Shown here in pieces: positions 14,704-25,436 of a stretch of DNA of 64,000 nt. Every line of letters begins with the position of its first letter. The first letter of the stretch is position 1. The position numbers and the translations under genes were made by a program. The DNA is taken from assembly GCA_964016885.1 (NCBI GenBank), contig OZ024743.1, positions 34,286,001-34,350,000 on the forward strand, given 5' to 3'. The notes under the pieces were generated by a model. The model was not told the DNA's origin. It saw nothing but the letters and a program-made list of their open reading frames with translations, and did no database searches. Source of the DNA: Eledone cirrhosa. Lineage: Eukaryota.

Positions 14704-16510
14704 GTTGGTGGCAAAGAAAGAGGCACTTACCTCTCTGCGTCCCGGGGTCTGGGCTGCTCAGTTTCCATAGGGCTGGTGGAGGGGTTGTTGGGTGGGTGGT
14801 GGTTTGTGGTGGTGTGGGGGTATTAGTGTGTGGTGGGGTTGGGGTGTTTGGAGTTGTGTGGGTGTTTGAGGAGGGGAGGGGAAAAGCTTTCAGGAGGACG
14901 CGGTTGAGTGGCCTGGTGCAGGGTGTCCCCATGTCCTCAGGGTAAATGTTTTTCAAAGTTTTGAAAATGTCAAGTGGGACTTTCACCATTTTCAGGTTAG
15001 GGAGTCCCATTGCCGTTACGAAATTCGGCCCTTCGGTTTGTATCAAAGGGTTGTTTTCTATTTTTTCAGTTAGGTTTTTATTGTTTTTGTTTATGTATGT
15101 GTAGAGTTTTTGTGTTGTTGTGTTTGTTTTTGCTTGTTGTTCTTAAGTGAGTTTGCGTTTTATTGTCTGTGTTGTGTTGTCAGGTGGGGTTATTTTTGTT
15201 TGTGTGGTGTGTGTACGTTTTTTTCTTTTCACTTTTTGGAAGGGAGCCCCCTCGTCTTCCGACGATATGAGCTCCTCTTCCGTATTGGAGGGGAGGGGTA
15301 TATCTCCGGGTTGTGTATGAACTGCGTGTGTTTTTGTATTTGTGTTCTGTGGGGTGGGGCTGGGTGGGACCGTGTTTTTGGTTGTTTTCTTGAGCTGTTG
15401 TTGATGTTGTTGTTGTTGTTGTGGTGGTGGTGGTGGTGGAGGTGTTGTTGGTTTTTGTTGTCGTTGTGGTGGTGATGGTATTGTATTTTGTTGTTTTTGT
15501 GATGGTGGTGCTGGTTGTTTTTGTTGTTGTTGTGGTGTTTGTAGCAGTGGTTTTTTTGTTGTTAGTAGAGGGCAGGCTGTCCTCTGGTGACCTCTGCCAG
15601 CGCAGTGGTAACATGAGGGTCTCCTGCCTTCCACTGTGATATTTATGAAGGTTCGCCCATCCAGTAGGACTCGGTCGGGTATTCCGGAGATTCTCTCAGG
15701 TGTCATCTGTAAGAGAACCTCCAGACTTTTCCCCCCGAACAGTCCACTGGTGGACTTCCCTGCTGAAATAAGTATCTCCTTTTCTAGGTCCGTAAATCCT
15801 GTTAGGACGGACCAGATGTTAATTTCTGGCGTTGGGCGCCACATTCTTATTCTTTGTGTTCTTCTTCCTTTATATGTGGGGAAGAAGGTGTATTGTGGTG
15901 ACACTATAGGTGCCACCGAATATTTTTGCGCCAGCATTTCGTCCTTCATTCGGACCATAATGCTGGCATACAGCTTTCCTCTTTGAATAAAGAGTATGTC
16001 CTTTTTAATGTCTTTCAGAACCAGCTCAATTTGACTTTCTGTCAATTGAGCTGGCTTTCTTGTTGCGTTGGTTATAGTCCTGTAGGTTACGGTATTCCTA
16101 TATAGCTGTTGACGCACTTCTTCTGGGGAGTTGATCCTAAAAGAACCATCCTCGCCAAAAGATACGTATTTTCTAGCATCTAGCAAATTTTGCTTAGCGT
16201 TCGTGATATCTATTGGCTTGGACTCGATAGCTTTCCTGACCGTTTGGGCAAAAGAAATTTTGTTGTCTTTGTTTGTTGTTGTAATGTTGTTGGTTTCATT
16301 ATTTGTGGTGTTATTTTTTTCTTCAAAATTAAGTTTATCATTTGAATTAATATTCTTTTTTTTTTCATTGGAGAGGAGGGGCTGTTCAACAGTTTGAACT
16401 GTTGTTCCCTCTTTCCCGCTTATTTTTTTGGTAGGCGTGGCGTTCGCTTCCAATATGGCGATATCGTTTTCGACGATATCGATAAACATTTCTGAATTAA
16501 ATATTTTCAC
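14639..16510 (-). pseudogene. Tx1 ORF1 (gag-like CCHC zinc-knuckle protein) with one in-frame TAA at 15143-15145
   Basis: CYHCAGRGHQRTAC = CX2CX4HX4C; Q/P/T-rich tail; ORFs 15143-16510 and 14639-15046 are in the same frame with an open linker after the stop. Confidence 0.8.
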
Positions 16511-16670
16511 CCCAAAAGGGGTGAAAATATATTTACCCTACGTCTACAGTCCCAGACTAGGGGTTAGCGTCAATAATAAAAAACAATTCAAATAATTCAC
16601 TCACAAATACAAATATTCCAGGTAAAAATTACAAATCGCAGAGCCGATATGAAAGACGTCTACTATCCTC

Positions 16671-18470
16671 AGAGAGACAGACAGACAGGCATATAGTTAG
16701 ACCGACAGACAGGCAGATAGTTAGACCGACAGACAGGCAGATAGTTAGACCGACAGACAGGCATATAGTTAGACCGACAGACAGGCAGATAGTTAGACCG
16801 ACAGACAGGCAGATAGTTAGACCGACAGACAGGCATATAGTTAGACCGACAGACAGGCAGATAGTTAGACCGACCGACAGGCAGATAGTTAGACCGACAG
16901 ACAGGCAGATAGTTAGACCGACCGACAGGCAGATAGTTAGACCGACAGACAGGCAGATAGTTAGACCGACAGACAGGCAGATAGTTAGACCGACAGACAG
17001 GCAGATAGTTAGACCGACAGACAGGCAGATAGTTAGACCGACAGACAGGCAGATAGTTAGACCGACAGACAGGCAGATAGTTAGACCGACCGACAGGCAG
17101 ATAGTTAGACCGACAGACAGGCAGATAGTTAGACCGACAGACAGGCAGATAGTTAGACCGACCGACAGGCAGATAGTTAGACCGACAGACAGGCAGATAG
17201 TTAGACCGACAGACAGGCAGATAGTTAGACCGACAGACAGGCAGATAGTTAGACCGACAGACAGGCAGATAGTTAGACAGACAGATAGACAGATAGTTAG
17301 ACCGACAGACAGGCAGATAGTTAGACAGACAGATAGACAGATAGTTAGACCGACAGACAGGCATATAGTTAGACAGACAGATAGACAGATAGTTAGACCG
17401 ACAGACAGGCAGATAGTTAGACCGACAGACAGGCAGATAGTTAGACCGACCGACAGGCAGATAGTTAGACCGACAGACAGGCAGATAGTTAGACCGACAG
17501 ACAGGCAGATAGTTAGACCGACAGACAGGCAGATAGTTAGACCGACAGACAGGCATATAGTTAGACAGACAGATAGACAGATAGTTAGACCGACAGACAG
17601 GCAGATAGTTAGACCGACAGACAGGCAGATAGTTAGACCGACCGACAGGCAGATAGTTAGACCGACAGACAGGCAGATAGTTAGACCGACCGACAGGCAG
17701 ATAGTTAGACCGACAGACAGGCAGATAGTTAGACCGACAGACAGGCAGATAGTTAGACCGACAGACAGGCAGATAGTTAGACCGACAGACAGGCAGATAG
17801 TTAGACCGACAGACAGACAGATAGTTAGACCGACAGACAGGCAGATAGTTAGACCGACAGACAGGCAGATAGTTAGACCGACCGACAGGCAGATAGTTAG
17901 ACCGACAGACAGGCAGATAGTTAGACCGACAGACAGGCAGATAGTTAGACCGACCGACAGGCAGATAGTTAGACCGACAGACAGGCAGATAGTTAGACCG
18001 ACAGACAGGCAGATAGTTAGACCGACAGACAGGCAGATAGTTAGACCGACAGACAGGCAGATAGTTAGACCGACAGACAGGCAGATAGTTAGACCGACAG
18101 ACAGATAGACAGATAGTTAGACCGACAGACAGGCAGATAGTTAGACCGACAGACAGGCAGATAGTTAGACCGACATACAGACAGATAGTTAGACCGACAG
18201 ACAGGCAGATAGTTAGACCGACAGACAGGCAGATAGTTAGACCGACCGACAGGCAGATAGTTAGACCGACAGACAGATAGACAGATAGTTAGACCGACAG
18301 ACAGGCAGATAGTTAGACCGACAGACAGGCAGATAGTTAGACCGACATACAGACAGATAGTTAGACCGACAGACAGGCAGATAGTTAGACCGACAGACAG
18401 GCAGATAGTTAGACCGACAGACAGATAGACAGATAGTTAGACCGACAGACAACAGACAGACAGATAGACA
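16671..18470. repeat. 24-bp minisatellite (about 74 units)
   Basis: Unit AGTTAGACCGACAGACAGGCAGAT, highly homogeneous. Confidence 0.97.
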
Positions 18471-18974
18471 GAACGTGGTAAGCGTATCTGCGTGTGTGTG
18501 CGCATGTGTGTGTCAGCGTGTACGTGCGTACATATCCGTGTACGTGTGTATACATACGCATATGTACGTATTTATACATTTACATTTAATGGTACATGTG
18601 CCTGTCGAATGCTCAGCTACCTGCATGTTAATTTCACCAGCAGGTTGTTCAAACAATTGATGAAAGTCCAATACGATACGTAGGATATTGGTTGATTTTC
18701 TCGAAAGCTATTTACAAAATCTACAGCAAATATACTTCAATGGGATGGTCATGGCACAAATGTCTTGGACTAAACGAGGGAGCAACTTGCTAGAAATAAC
18801 AGCTATATCTCTCTAACATCACACGATTAAAAGAACATAATGGTCAATGTTTTCTATGAACAACTGGACAGTGTTTCTCAAGGTGGGATGTGAGCGTTAG
18901 GGCTAGGCCTCCTCCTGAGGAGTGTGAAAGCAACATTAAGGATTGATAAAGTACTGAAAAATTACTATGATTAA

Positions 18975-19197
18975 CCCTTTAGCATTTAAACTGACCGTAT
19001 TCGGCTAGAATTCCCTCACCTCTTTCTGTGTTCAAACCGGCCGTAACTAGCCACTTTTATTGATGTTAAGGTATTGTTCTCAAAATAAATAACATCAAAA
19101 TCTCGTAGATTCAATATGATGTGAGATAATTATGTGAGATAAAGCCTTTACCATGAAAATATAATAGTAAATATAGAGTAATGTAAATGCTAAAGAG
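18975..19197. mobile_element. piggyBac-type MITE, copy 1
   Basis: TTAA-CCCTTTAGCATTTA ... TAAATGCTAAAGAG-TTAA: TIR plus TTAA TSD. Confidence 0.8.
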
Positions 19198-19241
19198 TTA
19201 ATACAATTAGATTGGTTGTTACAGCTATAACTTTGTTATTA

Positions 19242-19415
19242 TATCGGTAGAGGGTCGGACGCCATGCTTTGTAGCAAAGAGTTACGGCCCTTTATGGTCT
19301 GAGTTCAAATCCCGCCGAGGTTAACTTTGCCGTTCATCCTTACGGGGTCGATAAAATAAAGTACCAGTAATACACTGAGATAATTGGTGGCCTTGTGCCA
19401 AAAGAAGAAACAATT
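19242..19415 (+). mobile_element. SINE body with disrupted 5' end (part of a duplicated composite)
   Basis: TATCGGTAGAGGGTCGG...GAGTTCAAATC...GGCCTTGTGCC. Confidence 0.8.
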
Positions 19416-19424
19416 ATATTATGT

Positions 19425-19472
<48 letters not shown>

Positions 19473-19854
19473 TGTTTATTAATAAAGTGGGGATGGACTT
19501 TTAGTAATATTCAGTTGGAAATTTGTCAGTTTGAGAATCACTGCGATAGAGTATACTTGGCCCACATCTTACGAGGTAGATTATTTCCCCCACATCTCTG
19601 CATTATTGAAGGACCGTTTACATACAAGATCTTTGTTTAAAAGTACCTACGTATGCTGATGTTTTTCAGAGGGCATAAGATCAAGTTTTCTAGAAACTTA
19701 GAAAACCCAAGAAAAGATATAATAGAAGTGGCTAGAGTTTATTAGCTTACATAAAGTGATGCGGTTTCTCTTGAATTTCATTTATACATTTTCCGACCGC
19801 GTAATATAATAACAATTATATTTAAAACCGCATAAGATGCGGGCTCATTATAAT

Positions 19855-20053
19855 GTGGATTGGCGGTGGGTTGGCAGTATCGGTAAAGGGTCGGATGCTA
19901 TGCGTTGCAGCAAAGAGTTACGGCCCTTTATAGTCTGAGTTCAAATCCCGCCGAGGTTAACTTTGCCTTTCATCCTTACGAGGTCGATAAAATAAAGTAC
20001 CAGTAATGCACTGCGATAATTGTTGGCCTTGTGCTAAAAGTAGAAACAATTAT
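19855..20053 (+). mobile_element. tRNA-derived SINE
   Basis: A/B box, core and tail motifs. Confidence 0.85.
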
Positions 20054-20379
20054 AATATTTATCGTCACTACATTGCGCGATCGAACCCGCTGGACAAATA
20101 TAACAAACGTTTTAACAATCTGTCTCTGCAGAAAACAGAGAAATCAGCCTGATTCTTTCGGTCATCTCAGTCAATAAAGAGGTTGTATATATTGCCAGCC
20201 AAGAACATAAACGGCAAATAATTTCATTCACTTTCTAAATAAATTCAAGTCATTTTGCGTATAAAGAAAATAATTTCAGTATGAAAGAGTTATATTATCA
20301 GATTAATAGATTAGCTCGAAATACAAACAAATGCTTCAACTGAATATACATACATGCTTACACATATATATATATATAT

Positions 20380-20860
20380 ATATAAGTATGTATACGTACA
20401 TACTTATATGTATACTGACGTACAGTAGTATGTTTATATATATACATACATGCACACATATATATATGTACGTATGGATTCACCGAACATTTATTATAAT
20501 GCTCGGTGTGTTTGTAAACAAACATCCCGAATTAAGCCGTAGTGTCTAGCAACCATCGTTGCTCATTTGTTCAACCCTGACAAAGGAACGCTGTACTAGT
20601 TTCAAGCTTATTAGCTATCGTCAGCAACGTATACCTTCCTGCCAGATGATTGAACGTCTGAAAGTATATACTTTCCTTATGCATATTAACGGCTGAGCAG
20701 CCTAATTTGCATATCGAGTGAGTTACAAACACACCGAGCATTATAATAAATGTTCGGTGAATCCATACGTACATATATATATGTGTGCATGTATGTATAT
20801 ATATATACATACTACTGTACGTCTGTATACATATATGTATGTACGTATACATACTTATAT
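20380..20860. repeat. Inverted repeat, 138-bp arms around a 205-bp spacer
   Basis: 20380-20517 is the near-exact reverse complement of 20723-20860. Confidence 0.9.
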
Positions 20861-21012
20861 TTAAGTAACAGCTGTACTAAGGGTGAGAAATGAAATTTCG
20901 TTTCATTTTTTCCGTTTATATATATATATATATACATACATACACACACACATACATACATACATACATACATACATACATACATACATACATACATACA
21001 TACATACATACA

Positions 21013-21043
<31 letters not shown>

Positions 21044-21359
21044 GGTGGCTGCCAACTCGTTTTCGAGTACGGCCACTACTTTATATCCATGTAGGAGAAC
21101 CCCTACCGAAGCGCTGAACGAGTGTGACTTTTTAGTCCAGCCAGCGACTTGAAAACTCTGGTAAAAACACTACACTTGTGACAATTATTGACACATAGTG
21201 CTGGGCCCATGGTACCATGTGACGACAAGTGCAGAGAGATCTCCAGATATAAAGCAATGCCTGTGCCGTGAAGCTTTTATAGTGAGCAAAGGCACTGCAC
21301 AAAGCCAGTCCCACTCTCTTAACCAAGATGATATTTACCAAAAAGAAGAACAAGTCAAC

Positions 21360-21632
21360 ATCATTGGATACCATCAGGGTTGCAGGTATTATATCAGAGT
21401 TTTCCTTCTCCTAGAATTCTGCCTTGACAAAGGCTAAGGGGTCATCTCTCCCGGTGATTTTGGATGGCCATTGACTCTTAAGAGCTCCTTTGCCCTTTGA
21501 CAGGTTTTGTTTTTAGTCCTGCAGGATGTCCAAAGTCACCCTCCTCACCAAGAAACCTTGGTGGGGTTGCCAGTTTAGTCGCCAACGACCCGACCATGAG
21601 ACAGGTTGTACTGGGATACATGTTACCAGTAG
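21360..21632 (-). mobile_element. Probable RTE-type LINE/SINE 5' UTR fragment
   Basis: Minus strand has GGCAACCCCACC...CTAGGAGAAGGAAAACTCTGA, reminiscent of RTE leaders; flanked by (CATA)n. Family call is from recall only. Confidence 0.35.
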
Positions 21633-21954
21633 CACATACATACATACATACATACGTACACACATACACACCTACATACATGCATGCTTATATACATACA
21701 TACATGCATACGTACATAATACATGCATACATACATATATACAGCAATTCCAATAACATCAATAACAATAACAACTTCAATAACAACTGCCAATATATCG
21801 GCAACATAACAAAAAATGAATATCAGTAATAAAATTGCATCAACGGAGCCAATGAGAATGCTTTTAAGTGTTAGCTTGATCTGCTAAAAATAACAGCCAA
21901 ACTTCCCTCAAATATCTATTGCTTGAAAGAAACAAAGGACGAACATATAGAATA

Positions 21955-22170
21955 ATGATTTCTAGTATAGGCACAAGGCCAATAATTTAGGCGGAGGGGA
22001 AAGTCGATTAAATCGACCCAGTACGTTACTGGTGCTTTATTTTATCGACCCCGTAAGGATGAAAGGCAAAGTTAACCTTGACGGGATTTGAACTCAGACC
22101 GTAAAGGACAGTAACTCTATGCTGCAAAGCATGGTGTCCGACTCTTTACCGATGCTGTCAATCCATCGCC
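21955..22170 (-). mobile_element. tRNA-derived SINE (long variant)
   Basis: Family motifs including the GTCGATTAAATCGAC segment. Confidence 0.85.
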
Positions 22171-22288
22171 CTTTGAATAATGATAGTTCAAATAAACAAA
22201 CATCGATATAGTTACAATTGGAATGTCTCTTTATGTGGCTCTCCAGAAACTCATTGGCACTATTTGTTTCAATGTAGAAACTATCAGT

Positions 22289-22362
<74 letters not shown>

Positions 22363-22964
22363 GAGAGAGACCATGTTGAAACCAGTCTTTAAAAAACTAC
22401 CAACATTGGAAGTTCAATATTTGATTATAGGTCTACCAACTATAAACAAAATCTTTGAGTACATGGAAGCTACAAAAATATTCAACAACAGAAACTTCTA
22501 GATGTTCTACAGCTTCCCTCGTTTCCTGTTTCTTTTTTATTTTCCTATTTATAATCTGCCTCCCATTAGCCTTCAATGTTTGAAATTTTATCTATATATT
22601 AATTTCAACAACGTCAGTATTCCGTGTGTCATAATTCATAGGTTTCAAACGACTCTGCCCACCTCAACGACGCCAAACTTAAATTAATACGCATAATGCT
22701 AATGAGGGAGTGAGAGGGGAGAGTAAGAAACAGAGAGTCAGAGTGAACGCTGTAACTATTACCATGTGTGCGTGTGTATGTACGTGCGCGTATGTTTATG
22801 TGTGTGTGCGTGCGTGCAGCGTTCCACAGAAAGTAAAAACTATCAACATGTGTGAGTGTGTATGTGTGTGTAAGTGCACCGGTGCGTGTGTAAGTTTACG
22901 TGCGTGTGCGCGTTTCCATGCGTGTATGTGTGTGTACATGGGGCGTTCCACAATCGCCACGCAG

Positions 22965-23685
22965 TTTATCTGTCTGTGTGCCTGTCTGTCAGTCTAACAT
23001 ACACAGAGTTGTGAAGGAAGTAAAGAGGGACCTTTTTTTACATTGACAGACATCTTTTATATTTATTATTGTGTCATTTTTTGACAATTGCTCGAAATGA
23101 ATACTGATAATAAAAGCAATTCGACTTTATCAAACAGTGAACTACAGCGGCGACGGCGTGCAGCCAGGAATGAAGAAAAACCGGCCGAACATCAGAGGCG
23201 AAGACGTGCCGCCATGAATGAAGAAGAGCTGGCTGAACAACGCCAACGAAACACTGGAGCCAAGCAGCGACGGCGTGCTGCGATGGTTGAAGACGAACTG
23301 GCTGAGCATCATCTTTTATATTAATTATCTATATCGATATCTACATATAATATAAAAGATTGGAACTTCCATCATCCTTTTGAGAAACGTGGAACAATCA
23401 CGTCTATGCAATGATACACGTTTTACAGTCAGACAGAAGATGAACCATCTCCTAGAGGTCATAATTCTAGGTGGGAGCACCTAGAATTGTTCATATACTA
23501 TGGACAAGCGGTACAACGAAGAATCTGGTATATCTGGAAGATTCTTTTTTACTGTTTTCTGTACACACAGACACCACGGACTCGCCTCATACTGTAACCA
23601 GACAAACATCCAATACAGTCATTTTCTCTTTTACCTGTCTTCTCTTATCATCTGTTTACCCGGCGAAGCTGGGTACGTCAGCTAG
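22965..23685 (+). mobile_element. Internally deleted Helitron remnant
   Basis: 3' hairpin TACCCGGCGAAGCTGGGTA then CTAG (23682-23685); VGAPRIVHILWTSGTTKNLVYLE resembles the Pif1/RepHel C-terminus; (QRRRRAA..EE)x3 resembles RepHel N-terminal charged repeats. 5' boundary uncertain. Confidence 0.7.
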
Positions 23686-24259
23686 ATTTAATAAAAATTT
23701 GTTCGATTTCAAATTTTTCTTATTATTACTTGTCTCACTAGCTGTTTTTGATTACCAATTGTAAGGAGTACTCGATACTTCCCCTAGTCTGTCGTGACTT
23801 ACTAGCTCTACACGGACGTTTAAATTGAATAAATAAATAAATACGGTATCAGCAGCTGAAGGTATCAGCAAGATTCACACAACAATTTATAACATCAATG
23901 ATAATAACAACAATAACAACGACAATAACATATTAACCAACAACAACAATACAGCAAAAATATCACCAATATGTAGGATGTAAAGTCTCGAAATAAATTG
24001 GTATTTCGAACATGTCTATTAAAGGAAGGTGGTGGAAAGGACTTTGTTTATCAAAGGGGAGATAGTTTAGGGGTCATTCAATGGGCAGCACAGTCCATTA
24101 TGGGTAGCTGATTGGGTTCGTTGCAATATGCTAAGAATCAACCTTTGGCATGACATTTCAAGTGAAGGGAGAGCACTTATTTACTAGGGCATAAGTATAT
24201 GTTTAATTGGGGAAGCACGCGTTGTATGAGTAAAAATGTAAATATGTATATATGTTTGT

Positions 24260-24297
<38 letters not shown>

Positions 24298-24444
24298 ACA
24301 TGTATATATATATATATATATATGTACATACATACATATATATATATACATACATACATACAAATATATACATATATATAATAGGTAGCAAGAATTTATA
24401 TTGATATTTTAAACATATATATATGTGTATATATATAAAAATAT

Positions 24445-24588
24445 ATAGGAAAATGTTCAAGACCCCGATGGCAGAGCTCAAGCCGTTTCGACGGCTATTC
24501 CTGAACTCTATTATCCACTCTACTACCCAAAGTATTGAGTACTCTGGTGAGTTATGGTCCACCTGGTTCCTTACCACACTTCCTTCGT

Positions 24589-24654
<66 letters not shown>

Positions 24655-24732
24655 CACCTAAAACCCTCCATGCCCTGTTATATATATTTATTTAGGTATC
24701 ATGCATTTACATTAAGATTTTATTCATATATG

Positions 24733-24765
<33 letters not shown>

Positions 24766-25010
24766 GTGTGTGTGTGTGCATATATTTCAGAATAACACTA
24801 TAGTAACGGCTTATTGAATGATACACAGGCCTTCTGATGAGGGTCCAATTAAATGCGAAAATCAAGTAACGGCGTTTATAATATTTTCCCTTTACATGGA
24901 AATTCGTATTTTCTGACATGTTTAAATATTCTATATATTAAATATGTGTATATATTTATACACCTTGGTGCAGTCACGATTACACACTGTATCTATATAG
25001 ATATAACTTT

Positions 25011-25057
<47 letters not shown>

Positions 25058-25330
25058 CACAAAGAAAGTGTGGTAAGATACCAGGTAGACCATAACGCAC
25101 CAGAGTACTCGATACTTAGGGCAGTAGAGTGGGACCTCGACGGCTGAGCTCCGGCCGTCGGTGTCCTGACTCTTAGAGAGAGAGAGAAGGAGAGGGGGAG
25201 AGAGGGGTAGATTGAGAGAGATATGAAGGAAGAGGAGAAATAGATATAACAGCACAGTTAATACTCTTTTCCTAATATATATCTTCATTGTACTGTATCC
25301 CGTAGCTGTGTTGTTTCCCCTTTACTTTGT
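24445..25330. mobile_element. TA-anchored short interspersed repeat family, two copies in opposite orientation (24445-24590, 25056-25330)
   Basis: Shared GAGTACTCTGGTG.GTTATGGTC.ACCTGGT.(T/C)CTTACCACACTT; related pieces at 5225-5302 and 62095-62167. Confidence 0.65.
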
Positions 25331-25391
25331 ATATATATATATATATGAAACAAAAACAAAGAGCGCTTACATCATCAATTATTCTTTATTT

Positions 25392-25436
25392 GCTGACAGT
25401 GTTTCGTCCTTGCATAATTGCAGGACTCATCAGAGC
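25392..25436 (-). ncRNA. Minimal type I hammerhead ribozyme
   Basis: Minus strand GCU-CUGAUGA-GUCCUGCA(AUUA)UGCAAGGAC-GAAA-C(ACU)G-UC-AGC: full catalytic core, stems I-III, GUC cleavage triplet. Confidence 0.8.

Larger units (their letters stand above)
11073..16670 (-). mobile_element. Full-length L1/Tx1-clade non-LTR retrotransposon, inactivated
   Basis: ORF1 with CCHC knuckle, ORF2 with APE-RT-zinc finger, minus-strand AATAAA at 11082-11087, candidate TSD AGAAAGACAGAC / AGAGAGACAGAC. Confidence 0.92.

Noticed and set aside
11213-16397. Plus-strand ORFs within the Tx1 element
   Set aside because: Antisense shadows of GC-rich ORF1/ORF2 with no recognisable motifs.
16669-17556. 295-aa ORF of (LPVCRSNY)n
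   Set aside because: Arises from a 24-bp stop-free repeat unit; no evidence of a coding context.
21440-21632. HDV-like ribozyme in the putative RTE leader
   Set aside because: I could not fold a nested double pseudoknot by eye; it needs a descriptor or covariance search.
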